Assembly: GCA_965197525.1 (NCBI GenBank)
Contig: OZ240211.1
Location: forward strand, 1,696,001-1,760,000
DNA length: 64,000 bases
Origin: Nitrosopumilus sp.
GTDB lineage: Archaea; Thermoproteota; Nitrososphaeria; Nitrososphaerales; Nitrosopumilaceae
Reading direction: 5' to 3'
The notes beneath the pieces were generated by a model that did not search any database, was not told the origin of the DNA, and worked only from the letters and a program-made list of their open reading frames with translations. Below are positions 38,800 through 49,064 of this stretch, in pieces. Position 1 is the first letter of the stretch. The number at the start of each line of letters is the position of its first letter. Both the position numbers and the translations under genes were made by a program.

Positions 38800-39274
38800 C
38801 TAACTTGAATAGTTTTTACCATCTTTTTTATACTTTGCATTGCCATACACGTTTCCTATCCTCTAAATTGAATCACGTTTTAAGTGCAGTTATATCACTA
38901 CTATTATTCAGGTAGAACTCCTGATACAGGTCTTATTGGAAGGTGGATTTGTCAGTGATACTATTCTGTTAGAAACAACAAGTCATATCAAAAAACAAAA
39001 ACAAAAACAAAAAAAAAAACAACTTTGAACACAAATACCAAATGATACCATAGGGTTGTAACGGATTGGAACTTGATTGAGACATGATGTCTACTGAACG
39101 TGTATGTTTATAGAGTTGTTGAATCTGTATGTGTTTACATATTTTTAATCATGCGTTCATTTCAGGGATTTTCAACTACGGTTTGTGACATTTATCCAAC
39201 TCTGATCATAATTCCAATACATGTATCTTTGTAATACGTAAAAATACCACATCATTTTTAACAAACTGGTTCTA

Positions 39275-40024
39275 ATGATTCACATGCATGCCATAGACAT
39301 CGAAAACTTATCTGGGAGATATGAGGGCGGTTCTCCACTACCTGTATTTGAAGATCTAAATCTACAGATAAACAGTGGCGAGTTCGTTTGTTTGACTGGT
39401 CCAAGCGGTTGTGGTAAATCAACTCTGATACGCATGATATGTGGTTTTTTAAAACCAGATAGTGGTACAATATACTCATACGGCAAACAGATTAGCGAAC
39501 CTACACCCACATGTGTGATGGTGTTCCAAGAAGACTCTACATTCCCGTGGATGACTGTGCGTGAAAATGTGGAATTTGGCCTCAAGATGGCAAAAATTCC
39601 TGCTGAAAAAAGACACGAGATTGCCAGCATGTATTTGAATATGGTAAATATGCACATGTATGCTGATCAATACGTCAAAAAACTATCAGTTGGCCAACGA
39701 CAACGCGTATCCATAGCAAGGGCTCTTGCACTAGACCCTAACATGTTACTTATGGATGAACCCTTCTCTGCCTTGGATGCAAAAACAAAGGGTGAGCTCA
39801 TGTTTGAACTTCAGATGATTTGGCAAAAAACGAAAAAGACAATCTTGTTTGTTACACATGATCCTCTAGAAGCTGCTACTTTGGGTACTAGGATTCTTCG
39901 CTTCACTGCACGTCCAGGCAAGATAGTCGAAGACATCCCAAATGACTTGCCTATGCCGCGTACACCTGATGCCAAAGAAGTTATTGCCATGGCCACCCAT
40001 ATAAAAAAAGGAATTACAAGATGA
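39275..40024 (+). CDS. ABC transporter ATP-binding subunit (NitT/TauT type)
   Basis: GPSGCGKST, VFQE...PWMTVRENV, LSVGQRQR, LLMDEPF, VTHD. Confidence 0.9.
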   Translation: MIHMHAIDIENLSGRYEGGSPLPVFEDLNLQINSGEFVCLTGPSGCGKSTLIRMICGFLKPDSGTIYSYGKQISEPTPTCVMVFQEDSTFPWMTVRENVEFGLKMAKIPAEKRHEIASMYLNMVNMHMYADQYVKKLSVGQRQRVSIARALALDPNMLLMDEPFSALDAKTKGELMFELQMIWQKTKKTILFVTHDPLEAATLGTRILRFTARPGKIVEDIPNDLPMPRTPDAKEVIAMATHIKKGITR

Positions 40025-40336
40025 TGATGATGATGATGAGTAAACACAATACACAATATACCAAATATGTACTAGTGTTACAAATCTCCAAAAATTCGTG
40101 AAAAGAAAAATACATTCTAGTTGTGACTTGATAATAGATGTAGAATCTAGGGCGTTTACCTTTCTGAATGAGAGAGGGAAGGAGGGATGGGATGTATCTA
40201 GTTTACTATATTCTTATCATACTCGTCGTATCTTATTACTCATCTCAGCACCGAACATTATACTGGAACACCGTACAGCTTTTTTGTATGAAACGCCGTA
40301 CTATTTTATACTAAAAACGTGTATAGCTTGTATCTT

Positions 40337-40639
40337 ATGCCAAATGATCCATATGCTAAAAAACTTCTATGGTTTGTGTTTGCAGGTTCACGAGGTGGAC
40401 TAAATCGATTAAAGATTGTCTCTCACTTGCAAACAAATCCTTCAAACATCAACCAACTAGCAAACAAGATGAATCTTGATTATAAGGGAATCCAGCATCA
40501 TGTTAGAGTGCTTGAAAAAAATAATCTGATAACCAAAGTTGGAGCAAAGTACGCAGTCACATATTTTATCTCTGCTTTTCTTGACATCAACATGGAATCA
40601 TTTGAAGAGATTAAAACCAAGTTGGATAAAAGTACATAA
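40337..40639 (+). CDS. ArsR-like winged-HTH regulator
   Basis: FAGSRGGLNRLKI...NINQLANKMNLDYKGIQHHVRVLEKNNLI. Confidence 0.85.
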   Translation: MPNDPYAKKLLWFVFAGSRGGLNRLKIVSHLQTNPSNINQLANKMNLDYKGIQHHVRVLEKNNLITKVGAKYAVTYFISAFLDINMESFEEIKTKLDKST

Positions 40640-40664
40640 AAGATTAGACGCATTTTATACTAAT

Positions 40665-40949
40665 ATGGAAGCTACTTCTCTTGTGCTGTCTCTTGTATCA
40701 ATTGCAAATATGAGCATATTGGGAATTTTGATTGCCATATTTGGAAAGATGTATGGTAAAACCAAAGCACAGCTTCCACTAGGCATGATTGTTGTTGCAG
40801 GAATGCTGCTACTTCATAATGTTATTGGCGCATTAGCATATTTCTCAATGGAGGAGATCTTCTCTCATGACATATTCCCATACATGTTAGGGGTTGGAAT
40901 TGCTGAGTTGGCAGGCCTGATAATATTCCTTAAAATCACATTAGACTAG
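40665..40949 (+). CDS. small membrane protein
   Basis: Three hydrophobic helices from ATG 40665. Confidence 0.7.
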   Translation: MEATSLVLSLVSIANMSILGILIAIFGKMYGKTKAQLPLGMIVVAGMLLLHNVIGALAYFSMEEIFSHDIFPYMLGVGIAELAGLIIFLKITLD

Positions 40950-41122
40950 TTACTGCATTCATTACGAGTGGGGGGCATGCAACTGTAATCCGACTGAATC
41001 CATTTTCCCAAGGTCTGCTCAAAACATCTAACAAAAATTCAAAATAATAATAGTAATAATGGCAAATCCATCTGTGATGCCCTGCATACCTTAAATTAAC
41101 CGTACACCCAAAATCATCTAAC

Positions 41123-41482
41123 ATGACACTTACCATTTACGTTGATGGTTCTGGCGGTCCTAGCAGCGGATATGGCTATTTCATAAAAGAGACCAATGAT
41201 TCATTTTATGAAAAGAAACCGGATCTTACAAACAATCAGGCAGAATACCACGCTATAATATCTGCACTAAAAGAATATTCAGGTTCAAAAGACAATGTCA
41301 TAATTTACAGCGACTCTAAAATCGTAGTCAATCAGCTAAATCACGAGTTTGCAATAAATAACGACACACTTCGCAGATTGGCGCAGGAAGCTTGGGCTAT
41401 CATGAATACATACTCTTCTTCTATTACCATAAAATGGATTCGGCGAAACGAGAACTTGGCAGGAAAGATGCTTGGAAGTTGA
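41123..41482 (+). CDS. rnhA: ribonuclease HI
   Basis: YVDGSGG, TNNQAEY, YSDSK, WIRRNENLAG. Confidence 0.85.
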   Translation: MTLTIYVDGSGGPSSGYGYFIKETNDSFYEKKPDLTNNQAEYHAIISALKEYSGSKDNVIIYSDSKIVVNQLNHEFAINNDTLRRLAQEAWAIMNTYSSSITIKWIRRNENLAGKMLGS

Positions 41483-41531
41483 CCCAACTATAGATAATAA
41501 CTTTATTATGTAAAATTTATCAAATACCTGT

Positions 41532-43628
41532 ATGACAGAGTCAGTCTTTCTATCTCCAAAATCAATTGCAATCATTGGGGCATCTGATAAAAGAGGAAGC
41601 GTTGGTGCTACCATCACCTCAAACATTATGAACGGTTTTCAGGGTATCGTCTATCCGATTAGTCCCTCACGGGACACTGTATTTTACAAAAAAGCATACA
41701 AAACGGTCCTTGACGTTCCAAAACCCATAGATCTTGCAGTAATTGTTATTAAAAATACCCTAGTCGCACACGTTCTAGAAGAATGTGGCAAGAAAAAGAT
41801 CAAAGGTGTCATCATAATCACTGCTGGTTTCAAGGAGGTCGATGACGAGGGCGCAAAGCGTGAAGAAGAGTTAAAAGCCATATCCAAAAAATATGGCATT
41901 CAAATTATCGGGCCAAACTGTCTTGGCGTCATGAATCTTGCCCCAAAGACCATGATGAACTCTACTTTTCTTAAAATTACTCCAAAGTCAGGCGCCATTG
42001 CCTTGGTGTCCCAAAGCGGCGCAATATGTGCAGCGCTAGTTGAGGATGCTAGCGCACAAGGAATTGGTTTTTCAGCAGTTGTCAGTCTTGGAAACAAGGC
42101 TGCAATGAGCGAGGTTGATATTTTGAAGATACTTGCAAAACACAACCAGACCAAAGTTATCGTAATGTATCTTGAAGACATGGGTGATGGCCAGGAATTC
42201 CTCAAGGTCTGCAAACATATTACCAAAAAACTAAAGAAACCTGTTCTGGTTCTCAAATCAGGACGCAGCCCTGAAGGTGCCAAGGCTGCAATGTCTCATA
42301 CGGGAGCGTTGATGGGATCTGATGAGATTTATGACGCATTACTCAAACAATCAGGTGCAATCAGAGTAGATACCATGGAGGAGCTATTCGATTATGCAAC
42401 TGCCTTCTCAAAACAGCCCCTGCCTGTAACAGGCGATCTTGTGATTGTTTCAAACGCCGGCGGCCCTGCTATTATCTCAACTGATGCCTGTTCTAAAATG
42501 AACATCAAGATGGCAAACATCTCTAGTATTAGCAAAAAAATTGATTCTGTGATTCCGCCTTGGGGAAGTTCTAGAAACCCCGTTGACATTGTAGGCGATG
42601 CTGATTTTAACAGATTCCATAATGTTTTAGACAGAGTGCTGGCGCATCCCAAAGTGGGTTCTGTAGTGTCAATGTGTACACCTTCTGGAACCCTAGACTA
42701 CGACAAACTAGCAGAAGTCATCGTTGCCATGTCTAAAAAATACAAAAAGACAATGCTTGCAAGCTTGATGGGACTAGACGAGGGCATAACCAATCGTGAA
42801 ATTCTGGCCAAGGGCAACATCCCGTATTATAATTATGCAGAAGGTGCAATCAGAACACTTGCAGCCATGATAAGATTTGCCAATTGGACTACGGCACCTG
42901 CAGGTAACATTACAAAGTTCACAGTCAAAAAAGCAAAGGTACGCAGGATACTCAATAAAGCCAAATCTGAAAATAGGCCAAATCTTTTAGAAGAGGAAGG
43001 TCTGCAAATCCTCCAAGCATACGGGTTCCCATTACCATCTAGTGCATTGGCCTCTAATGCTAATCAAGCAGTCACCATTGCCAAGAATATCGGCTATCCT
43101 GTTGTAATGAAGATAGCCTCTCCTCAAATTATTCACAAATCCGATGCAGGCGGGGTTATGGTAAATCTGCAAAACGATTCTCAAGTCAAATCCGCGTTTG
43201 AGACAATTATTGCCAATGCGAAAAAATATGATTCCAAGGCTGAGATCAAGGGTGTCTTGATAGTTGAGATGGTAAAGGGAGGCAAGGAACTGATTATCGG
43301 CTCAAAGCATGAACCTGGATTCGGCCCTGTAATCATGCTAGGGATGGGCGGAATATACGTAGAGGTTCTCAAAGATGTCACATTCAAACTAGCACCCGTG
43401 ACTGATAATGAGGCAGATGACATGATAGCCTCAATTAAGACACAAAAACTCCTTCAAGGCGTTAGAGGCGAGAAACCCTCTGATATTGCAATGCTCTCAG
43501 AATGTATCCAGAGATTATCTCAACTAGTTTCAGACTTTGATGAGATAAAAGAGCTTGACATGAATCCTGTTCTAGTCATGGAGAAAGGCAAGGGATGTCG
43601 TATTCTTGATGTCCGAATCGGTCTTTAA
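41532..43628 (+). CDS. ADP-forming acyl-CoA synthetase, 4-hydroxybutyrate-CoA ligase of the HP/HB cycle
   Basis: GPNCLG, SQSGA, SLGNK, SHTG, HKSDAGGV; adjacent to 4-hydroxybutyryl-CoA dehydratase as in Nitrosopumilus. Confidence 0.85.
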   Translation: MTESVFLSPKSIAIIGASDKRGSVGATITSNIMNGFQGIVYPISPSRDTVFYKKAYKTVLDVPKPIDLAVIVIKNTLVAHVLEECGKKKIKGVIIITAGFKEVDDEGAKREEELKAISKKYGIQIIGPNCLGVMNLAPKTMMNSTFLKITPKSGAIALVSQSGAICAALVEDASAQGIGFSAVVSLGNKAAMSEVDILKILAKHNQTKVIVMYLEDMGDGQEFLKVCKHITKKLKKPVLVLKSGRSPEGAKAAMSHTGALMGSDEIYDALLKQSGAIRVDTMEELFDYATAFSKQPLPVTGDLVIVSNAGGPAIISTDACSKMNIKMANISSISKKIDSVIPPWGSSRNPVDIVGDADFNRFHNVLDRVLAHPKVGSVVSMCTPSGTLDYDKLAEVIVAMSKKYKKTMLASLMGLDEGITNREILAKGNIPYYNYAEGAIRTLAAMIRFANWTTAPAGNITKFTVKKAKVRRILNKAKSENRPNLLEEEGLQILQAYGFPLPSSALASNANQAVTIAKNIGYPVVMKIASPQIIHKSDAGGVMVNLQNDSQVKSAFETIIANAKKYDSKAEIKGVLIVEMVKGGKELIIGSKHEPGFGPVIMLGMGGIYVEVLKDVTFKLAPVTDNEADDMIASIKTQKLLQGVRGEKPSDIAMLSECIQRLSQLVSDFDEIKELDMNPVLVMEKGKGCRILDVRIGL

Positions 43629-43717
43629 TTGTTTTGTACCTAGATTTATCTTTAAATTACTCTATAGACTATTTATACAACGTATGGTTAGTAATACTAT
43701 AGGAGTGATGCATACTT

Positions 43718-45247
43718 TTGATGAATGATCTAATAAAACCCATCAGAACAGGTGATGATTACATTCAAAGCCTTCGAGGACGTGATCTTAAGATTTACCT
43801 CTTCGGCGAGTTGGTAAAAGAGCCAGTAGACCATCCTATGATTCGACCGTCAATCAATGCAGTTGCAGAGACGTATGATCTTGCAGTACGTGAAGAGTCT
43901 TTGGCCTCTGCTGATTCATCCATTACCGGACTGCGAGTCAACAGATTTTTGCATATTGCCGAGAGTGCACAGGATTTGGTTTTACAAAACAAGATGCAGA
44001 GAAAGTTAGGACAAAACACTGGTACATGTTTTCAGAGATGTGTTGGCATGGATGCACTAAATTCTCTACATTCTACTACATTTGAGATTGATGAGAAACA
44101 TGGTACCAATTACCATAAGCGATTCTTGGACTTTGTAAAGATGGTCCAAGAGCAAAATCTTGTAATTGGAGGTGCTATGACTGATCCAAAAGGTGATAGA
44201 AGCAAGGGACCTGCTCAACAAGATGATCCTGATTTGTTTACACGTATTGTAGCCACTGACGACAAGGGTGTTTATGTCTCTGGGGCAAAGGCGCATCAAA
44301 CTGGTTGTATTAACTCACACTGGATAATTTTAATGCCTACGGTAAGACTAACAGAAGATGATAGAGATTGGGCCATCGTAGGTGCAGTTCCTGCAGATGT
44401 AAATGGCATCACATACATTTACGGTAGACAGTCATGTGATACCAGAAGCATGGAGGAAGGTGACATTGATGCAGGTAACGCAAAATTTGGTGGACAGGAG
44501 GCTTTGATGATTTTGGATAGAGTGTTTATTCCATGGGATAAAATTTTCATGCACGGTGAATATGAATTTGCATCAATGCTAATTGAACGATTCACGTGTT
44601 ATCATAGACGAAGCTATGTCTGTAAAACCGGATTGGGTGACGTCCTGATTGGTGCAGCAGCTACCATATCTGATTACAATGGCGTTCCAAAAGTGTCACA
44701 CATCAAAGACAAGATTATAGAGATGACTCATCTAAATGAAACAATATTTGCTGCAGGAATTGCATCATCTCATCAGGGACATCAGATGAAATCAGGAGTA
44801 TATCTTAATGATGATATGCTTGCCCAAGTTTGTAAACACAACGTTACGCGATTTCCGTATGAGATTAGTAGACTGGCCCAAGACATTGCAGGCGGATTGG
44901 TAGTAACACTACCCTCTGAAAAGGACTTTAAGCATCCTGAAGCAGGTCCATTACTAAAAAAATATCTTGTTGGAAGGAAAGGTGTTGATGTTGAAAACAG
45001 GATGCGAATTTTAAGGCTAATTGAGAATATGACCCTTGGCAGAAATGCAGTCGGATACCTGACTGAATCAATGCATGGCGCCGGCTCACCTCAGGCACAA
45101 AGAATTCAGATTCAGAGACAGATGCAGTTAGGATACAAAAAGAATTTGGCCAAAAATTTGGCTGGAATCAAAAATGATGTTGAGGAACCCAAGGAGAACT
45201 CTGAGTATTTTAAACGAGTCTTTAAGACAAAAGATTCAGTCTTGTAG
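43718..45247 (+). CDS. abfD: 4-hydroxybutyryl-CoA dehydratase
   Basis: TGTCFQRCVG, GAMTDPKGDRS, GAKAHQTG, SMHGAGSPQAQ. Confidence 0.92.
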   Translation: MMNDLIKPIRTGDDYIQSLRGRDLKIYLFGELVKEPVDHPMIRPSINAVAETYDLAVREESLASADSSITGLRVNRFLHIAESAQDLVLQNKMQRKLGQNTGTCFQRCVGMDALNSLHSTTFEIDEKHGTNYHKRFLDFVKMVQEQNLVIGGAMTDPKGDRSKGPAQQDDPDLFTRIVATDDKGVYVSGAKAHQTGCINSHWIILMPTVRLTEDDRDWAIVGAVPADVNGITYIYGRQSCDTRSMEEGDIDAGNAKFGGQEALMILDRVFIPWDKIFMHGEYEFASMLIERFTCYHRRSYVCKTGLGDVLIGAAATISDYNGVPKVSHIKDKIIEMTHLNETIFAAGIASSHQGHQMKSGVYLNDDMLAQVCKHNVTRFPYEISRLAQDIAGGLVVTLPSEKDFKHPEAGPLLKKYLVGRKGVDVENRMRILRLIENMTLGRNAVGYLTESMHGAGSPQAQRIQIQRQMQLGYKKNLAKNLAGIKNDVEEPKENSEYFKRVFKTKDSVL

Positions 45248-45498
45248 TTAAAAACAAAAGCAAAAACAAAAAAAAATCTAACTATTCGTAGACGATGCCA
45301 ATGTTTTGATTGTGGCATGCAGTACGACTGTTCTCAAAGTTCCTGTGTCATTTACACTCTAAACTCTTAAACACTCTCTAGGCGTTTTGACATGCTTGAA
45401 TCAAATATTTTTTATACATATACTGAAGATTAGAATTTGTACAGCGATGTAATTTTTTTATCTATTATCTGTTAATTGCTATCTTTTTTTGATTCTTC

Positions 45499-46245
45499 TT
45501 ATTTTACTGTTTTATCCAGTGTCGAGTCGTCGTCATCTTCATCGTCGTCATCTACTTCTTCGTCTACTTCTACTTCCTCTTTTACTGTTTTATCCAGTGT
45601 CGAGTCATCATCTTTTTTTACCATCTCTTCATCTGATATCTCTTCATTATCTATGTATGCTGGTTCTGGTTGGATGCTGTCTATGCTACTCATATCTTCA
45701 GTTGCATCTGAATTGTCTGACTCTAAATAATCTATTTTTCTTTCTCTCTTCTTTCTTATCTGCCATTTTAAAATCATAATCCCTATAACAACCGCAATTA
45801 TGATATAGTTGACAGGCGGTTTTATCACCTGGGTCGCATATCCTACTTGTGGGATTACATGTTCCACTTTTCCAATATACTCATCTACTGTAATCGGATA
45901 GTCAGTTCCCGGAATCGATGCTGAATTTGCATCACCTTGTGTTCTTATTGTTCTAGGATCGTCTTCTATAATTGACACAACTCTATGCACAATTACTCTA
46001 TTATGATCTGATGGTCGATTAAATACAATTATGTCTCCTACTTCGATATTTTCAAACGGTTCGTGACCTTGAACCACCAAAACATCATATACCTGTAAAA
46101 CCGGAATCATGCTTCCGCTAGCCACAACATAAAATGGATTTGGCGTTCCAAAGATTATGTTAATCCCTACCATAATTATCAAAAGACCAACGACTACAAT
46201 TAGGATAGTCTTGATCGTTTCTTTTGGAATTGTTTTACCAGCCAA
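45499..46245 (-). CDS. signal peptidase I (S26) with acidic repeat tail
   Basis: VVASGSMIP, GDIIVF, IVHRVV, TQGDAN. Confidence 0.88.
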   Translation of the reverse strand: MAGKTIPKETIKTILIVVVGLLIIMVGINIIFGTPNPFYVVASGSMIPVLQVYDVLVVQGHEPFENIEVGDIIVFNRPSDHNRVIVHRVVSIIEDDPRTIRTQGDANSASIPGTDYPITVDEYIGKVEHVIPQVGYATQVIKPPVNYIIIAVVIGIMILKWQIRKKRERKIDYLESDNSDATEDMSSIDSIQPEPAYIDNEEISDEEMVKKDDDSTLDKTVKEEVEVDEEVDDDDEDDDDSTLDKTVK

Positions 46246-46282
46246 TTATTTTATCGCCAAAATTATTCCTTGTTTACATTTA

Positions 46283-47098
46283 CTAGGTTATCTTATTTCC
46301 ACATTCTTCACAAAACTTTGAACCTGCTTTGTTGGCAAATCCGCAATTCACGCATTTTGATGACGATGCAGTATCTTCTTGTTGCAGCTGCTGTTGTGTT
46401 TTATCTTCCGGTCTTCCTAAAAGAACTACTTCTCCAATTTTTCTGATATTTGTCCATGGTACACTGAACTCTGTATTGTTGTCTGTTCCAACCATTACTA
46501 GTACCATAGTCTGTGTGGAATCAATCCCAACTTGTTTTGCCGTCCCAATTTTGTTTGCGTTTTCATCATATACTGTTTTTCCTTCAATTAATGTAACTGG
46601 ATTTACCTCTGTTGATTCAGGTTGCACAACCGTCTCTTGGGGTGATGCAATTTCAGCAACAACAGCAGCAGTATCTTCCTTCTGCTCTTCAGGTTGCACA
46701 GCCGTTTCTTGCGGTGCAACAACACTCTCTGTATGTGAATCATCAAGTGGTTTTGCACTACCAATATCTTCTAACTCGTTTTGTTTTTTGAACTCTCTAT
46801 ACTCTGCAATTGAGGCACTACATGCACTGCAAATGTATTGACCTTTTTCAGCTAGTATTAGGTTTTCTGCAACTTCTTCATTCGGATTCTCAAATTCTAT
46901 CTTTGGAGGACCTTCAAATTCTTTCTCACAAGTATTGCAAAAATATTTAGTAATTTTTTCAGCGTCTAATCTTCCAATAGGTGCTAAAAATAGATCAGGA
47001 CCTCCTAGATTTCCTTTTGTCTGCTGTTCATCATTTACCGTAGCCATAACATAACCTCCTGACCCTCTTAATTTTTTTAGTCGAAGTTCAGAACTCAT
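46283..47098 (-). CDS. conserved zinc-ribbon / PRC-barrel-like protein
   Basis: CNTC, CSAC and C-terminal CVNCG...FCEECG. Confidence 0.75.
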   Translation of the reverse strand: MSSELRLKKLRGSGGYVMATVNDEQQTKGNLGGPDLFLAPIGRLDAEKITKYFCNTCEKEFEGPPKIEFENPNEEVAENLILAEKGQYICSACSASIAEYREFKKQNELEDIGSAKPLDDSHTESVVAPQETAVQPEEQKEDTAAVVAEIASPQETVVQPESTEVNPVTLIEGKTVYDENANKIGTAKQVGIDSTQTMVLVMVGTDNNTEFSVPWTNIRKIGEVVLLGRPEDKTQQQLQQEDTASSSKCVNCGFANKAGSKFCEECGNKIT

Positions 47099-47208
47099 GT
47101 TAGATTTTAATTAAAACGTCATTTAAGTATATATCAAAACTAACAATCTTGCTGAAAATAAATATAATTTTGGTGAACATTTTTAGGTGTGTTAGTTTGA
47201 AATATCTT

Positions 47209-47535
47209 ATGCCAGTTACAAAAATTTCGGATGCAAAAACATGGGAGATCGACGTTATAAATTCTGACCTTCCGGTATTTGTAGACTTTTGGGCTGAATG
47301 GTGTGGTCCATGTAGGATGGTAGGTCCTGTAGTTGAAGAATTAGCAAACGACTATGATGGTAAAGTAAAATTTGTCAAAGTCAATGTTGATGAGGCCAAC
47401 GAGTTGGCATCAAAATACAACGTCTTTAGCATACCAACACTCGTACTTCTTAACAAGGGTGAAATCGTTAGTCAACAAGTAGGTGCCGCTTCTAAAGACT
47501 CGTACAAAAATATGATCGATAGAGCTTTGGCATAA
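47209..47535 (+). CDS. trxA: thioredoxin
   Basis: DFWAEWCGPC; start re-placed at ATG 47209. Confidence 0.92.
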   Translation: MPVTKISDAKTWEIDVINSDLPVFVDFWAEWCGPCRMVGPVVEELANDYDGKVKFVKVNVDEANELASKYNVFSIPTLVLLNKGEIVSQQVGAASKDSYKNMIDRALA

Positions 47536-47744
47536 TTACCTAACACGTCTTTATTTTTCATTCTCCCTTATAGCACGCTGCTGATCTTTTTAATGTCTTG
47601 TTGGAATTTTTATAATTTTGTGCTTGAATTAATCTGGTACTTCTCACTCTCAACAATTTAGCATCTCGTCATTTAGACAAACAAGCATATACTCTAATTG
47701 TTTGAATTCTAAAGTAATTAATATTACAAAATCTCACACAAATC

Positions 47745-48272
47745 ATGTCATTTGGTGAAGTAGACACGCTAAACATGTTATTTGATAAACTCTCCAGTCT
47801 GTTTGATGACTCTCAGGGTTACTATGAATCATTTCTTGATACCAACAATATGTACAAAAAAGGTTTGATCAGTGACAAGGAATTTTTTCAAAAATTAGGT
47901 GATTATACCGTAGCATACTCTGCATTAGAATTTTTAGCAATCAAAGTAATGTTTGAGATGAGAAAGTCATTGGGCCCTGCTTCTGGAAATACCCAATCAC
48001 CCGGATTGATGCCAGGAATGGGAAATCCTTCAATGATGGCTGCAGGTGGTGCGAGTGTACCACCAAGATCTGGCACTGCTGCAAATCCTGTAGGTGGCAG
48101 TCCGCCAGGAATTGTCTCTGCACAAGAAGCGTTTGGAGATGTTGGAACATTACCCTCACCTAATCCTGCACTAGTCCCAAGACAATCTACACCTCAAAAC
48201 GGATGTTCTTCCTGTGGTGCAGCTTTACGGGCAAACGCAAAATTTTGCACAAAGTGTGGCACTAAAGCCTAG
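47745..48272 (+). CDS. zinc-ribbon domain protein
   Basis: C-terminal CSSCG...FCTKCG after a G/P-rich linker. Confidence 0.75.
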   Translation: MSFGEVDTLNMLFDKLSSLFDDSQGYYESFLDTNNMYKKGLISDKEFFQKLGDYTVAYSALEFLAIKVMFEMRKSLGPASGNTQSPGLMPGMGNPSMMAAGGASVPPRSGTAANPVGGSPPGIVSAQEAFGDVGTLPSPNPALVPRQSTPQNGCSSCGAALRANAKFCTKCGTKA

Positions 48273-48321
48273 TCATAACTAAACGATTCTCTGTTACTAG
48301 GTATATTATAATAAAAATCGC

Positions 48322-48681
48322 TTACTCTTGAGTTGACCCACATTCAGGGCAGAATTTTGCAGTTGCTGAAATATTTGCTCCACATTCAGAACAGAACTTG
48401 CCGTCTGCTTGTTGTTCATTGTACGCATTTCCAATAACTGCTGTGCTTCTAACTGCTCCTGATGGTTCATACTTGTCGTCATCAATTAAGACTGGTTCAA
48501 AGTCCTGCTCTGTCAAGAATGTCATCATTCTTGGAATTCCTTTTTCACTGTTGTTTGGATCTGGGACTGAATCACCTAGCCAAAAAGCGAATCTCATAAG
48601 AGTCAATTCCGGAGTAGAAAATGCCAACGTATGTTTTGACATGTACTCTTGTGCCGCTTTTTTACCATCAAAAACTTCCAT
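48322..48681 (-). CDS. zinc-ribbon domain protein
   Basis: C-terminal FCSECG...FCPECG. Confidence 0.75.
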   Translation of the reverse strand: MEVFDGKKAAQEYMSKHTLAFSTPELTLMRFAFWLGDSVPDPNNSEKGIPRMMTFLTEQDFEPVLIDDDKYEPSGAVRSTAVIGNAYNEQQADGKFCSECGANISATAKFCPECGSTQE

Positions 48682-48725
48682 AATGGTGAATATGTTTTTT
48701 ATTTATTATAATAGTTACTAAAAAA

Positions 48726-48797
48726 TGGACCGGGAGGGAATCGAACCCTCGACAGCCTCGTTGCGAACGAGGTATTATACCCCTAAATCACCGGCCC
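48726..48797 (-). tRNA. tRNA-Ala(CGC)
   Basis: Acceptor GGGCCGG/CCGGTCC with G3-U70; anticodon arm CCTCG-TT CGC AA-CGAGG; T arm GAGGG TTCGATT CCCTC. Confidence 0.95.
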
Positions 48798-49064
48798 ACT
48801 AATCATTGGATTTTGTCTCTTCTTTTATTCATTCTCAACGTAGATTCTGTAACTGGTAGGATTTTTTATTTTATCAAGCTCTTGAGTCTGATGCATCAAG
48901 GCTGTAATCGTCTATAGTTGTGCCAATCTCAATAGCAAAGCATCTTAGATCCTGAGAATCTAGCACACTTCTCTGTCATCTGAGAAGTCATCCTTGTCTG
49001 CTATGAAGATGCATACGTCCATAACCCTCAACGCATAAAAACCCGAACCGCCTAAAATTTTTAG

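Noticed and set aside
40021-40040. (GAT)n microsatellite as a phase-variation switch
   Set aside because: It begins at the stop codon of the ABC ATPase, so length change would not alter the protein
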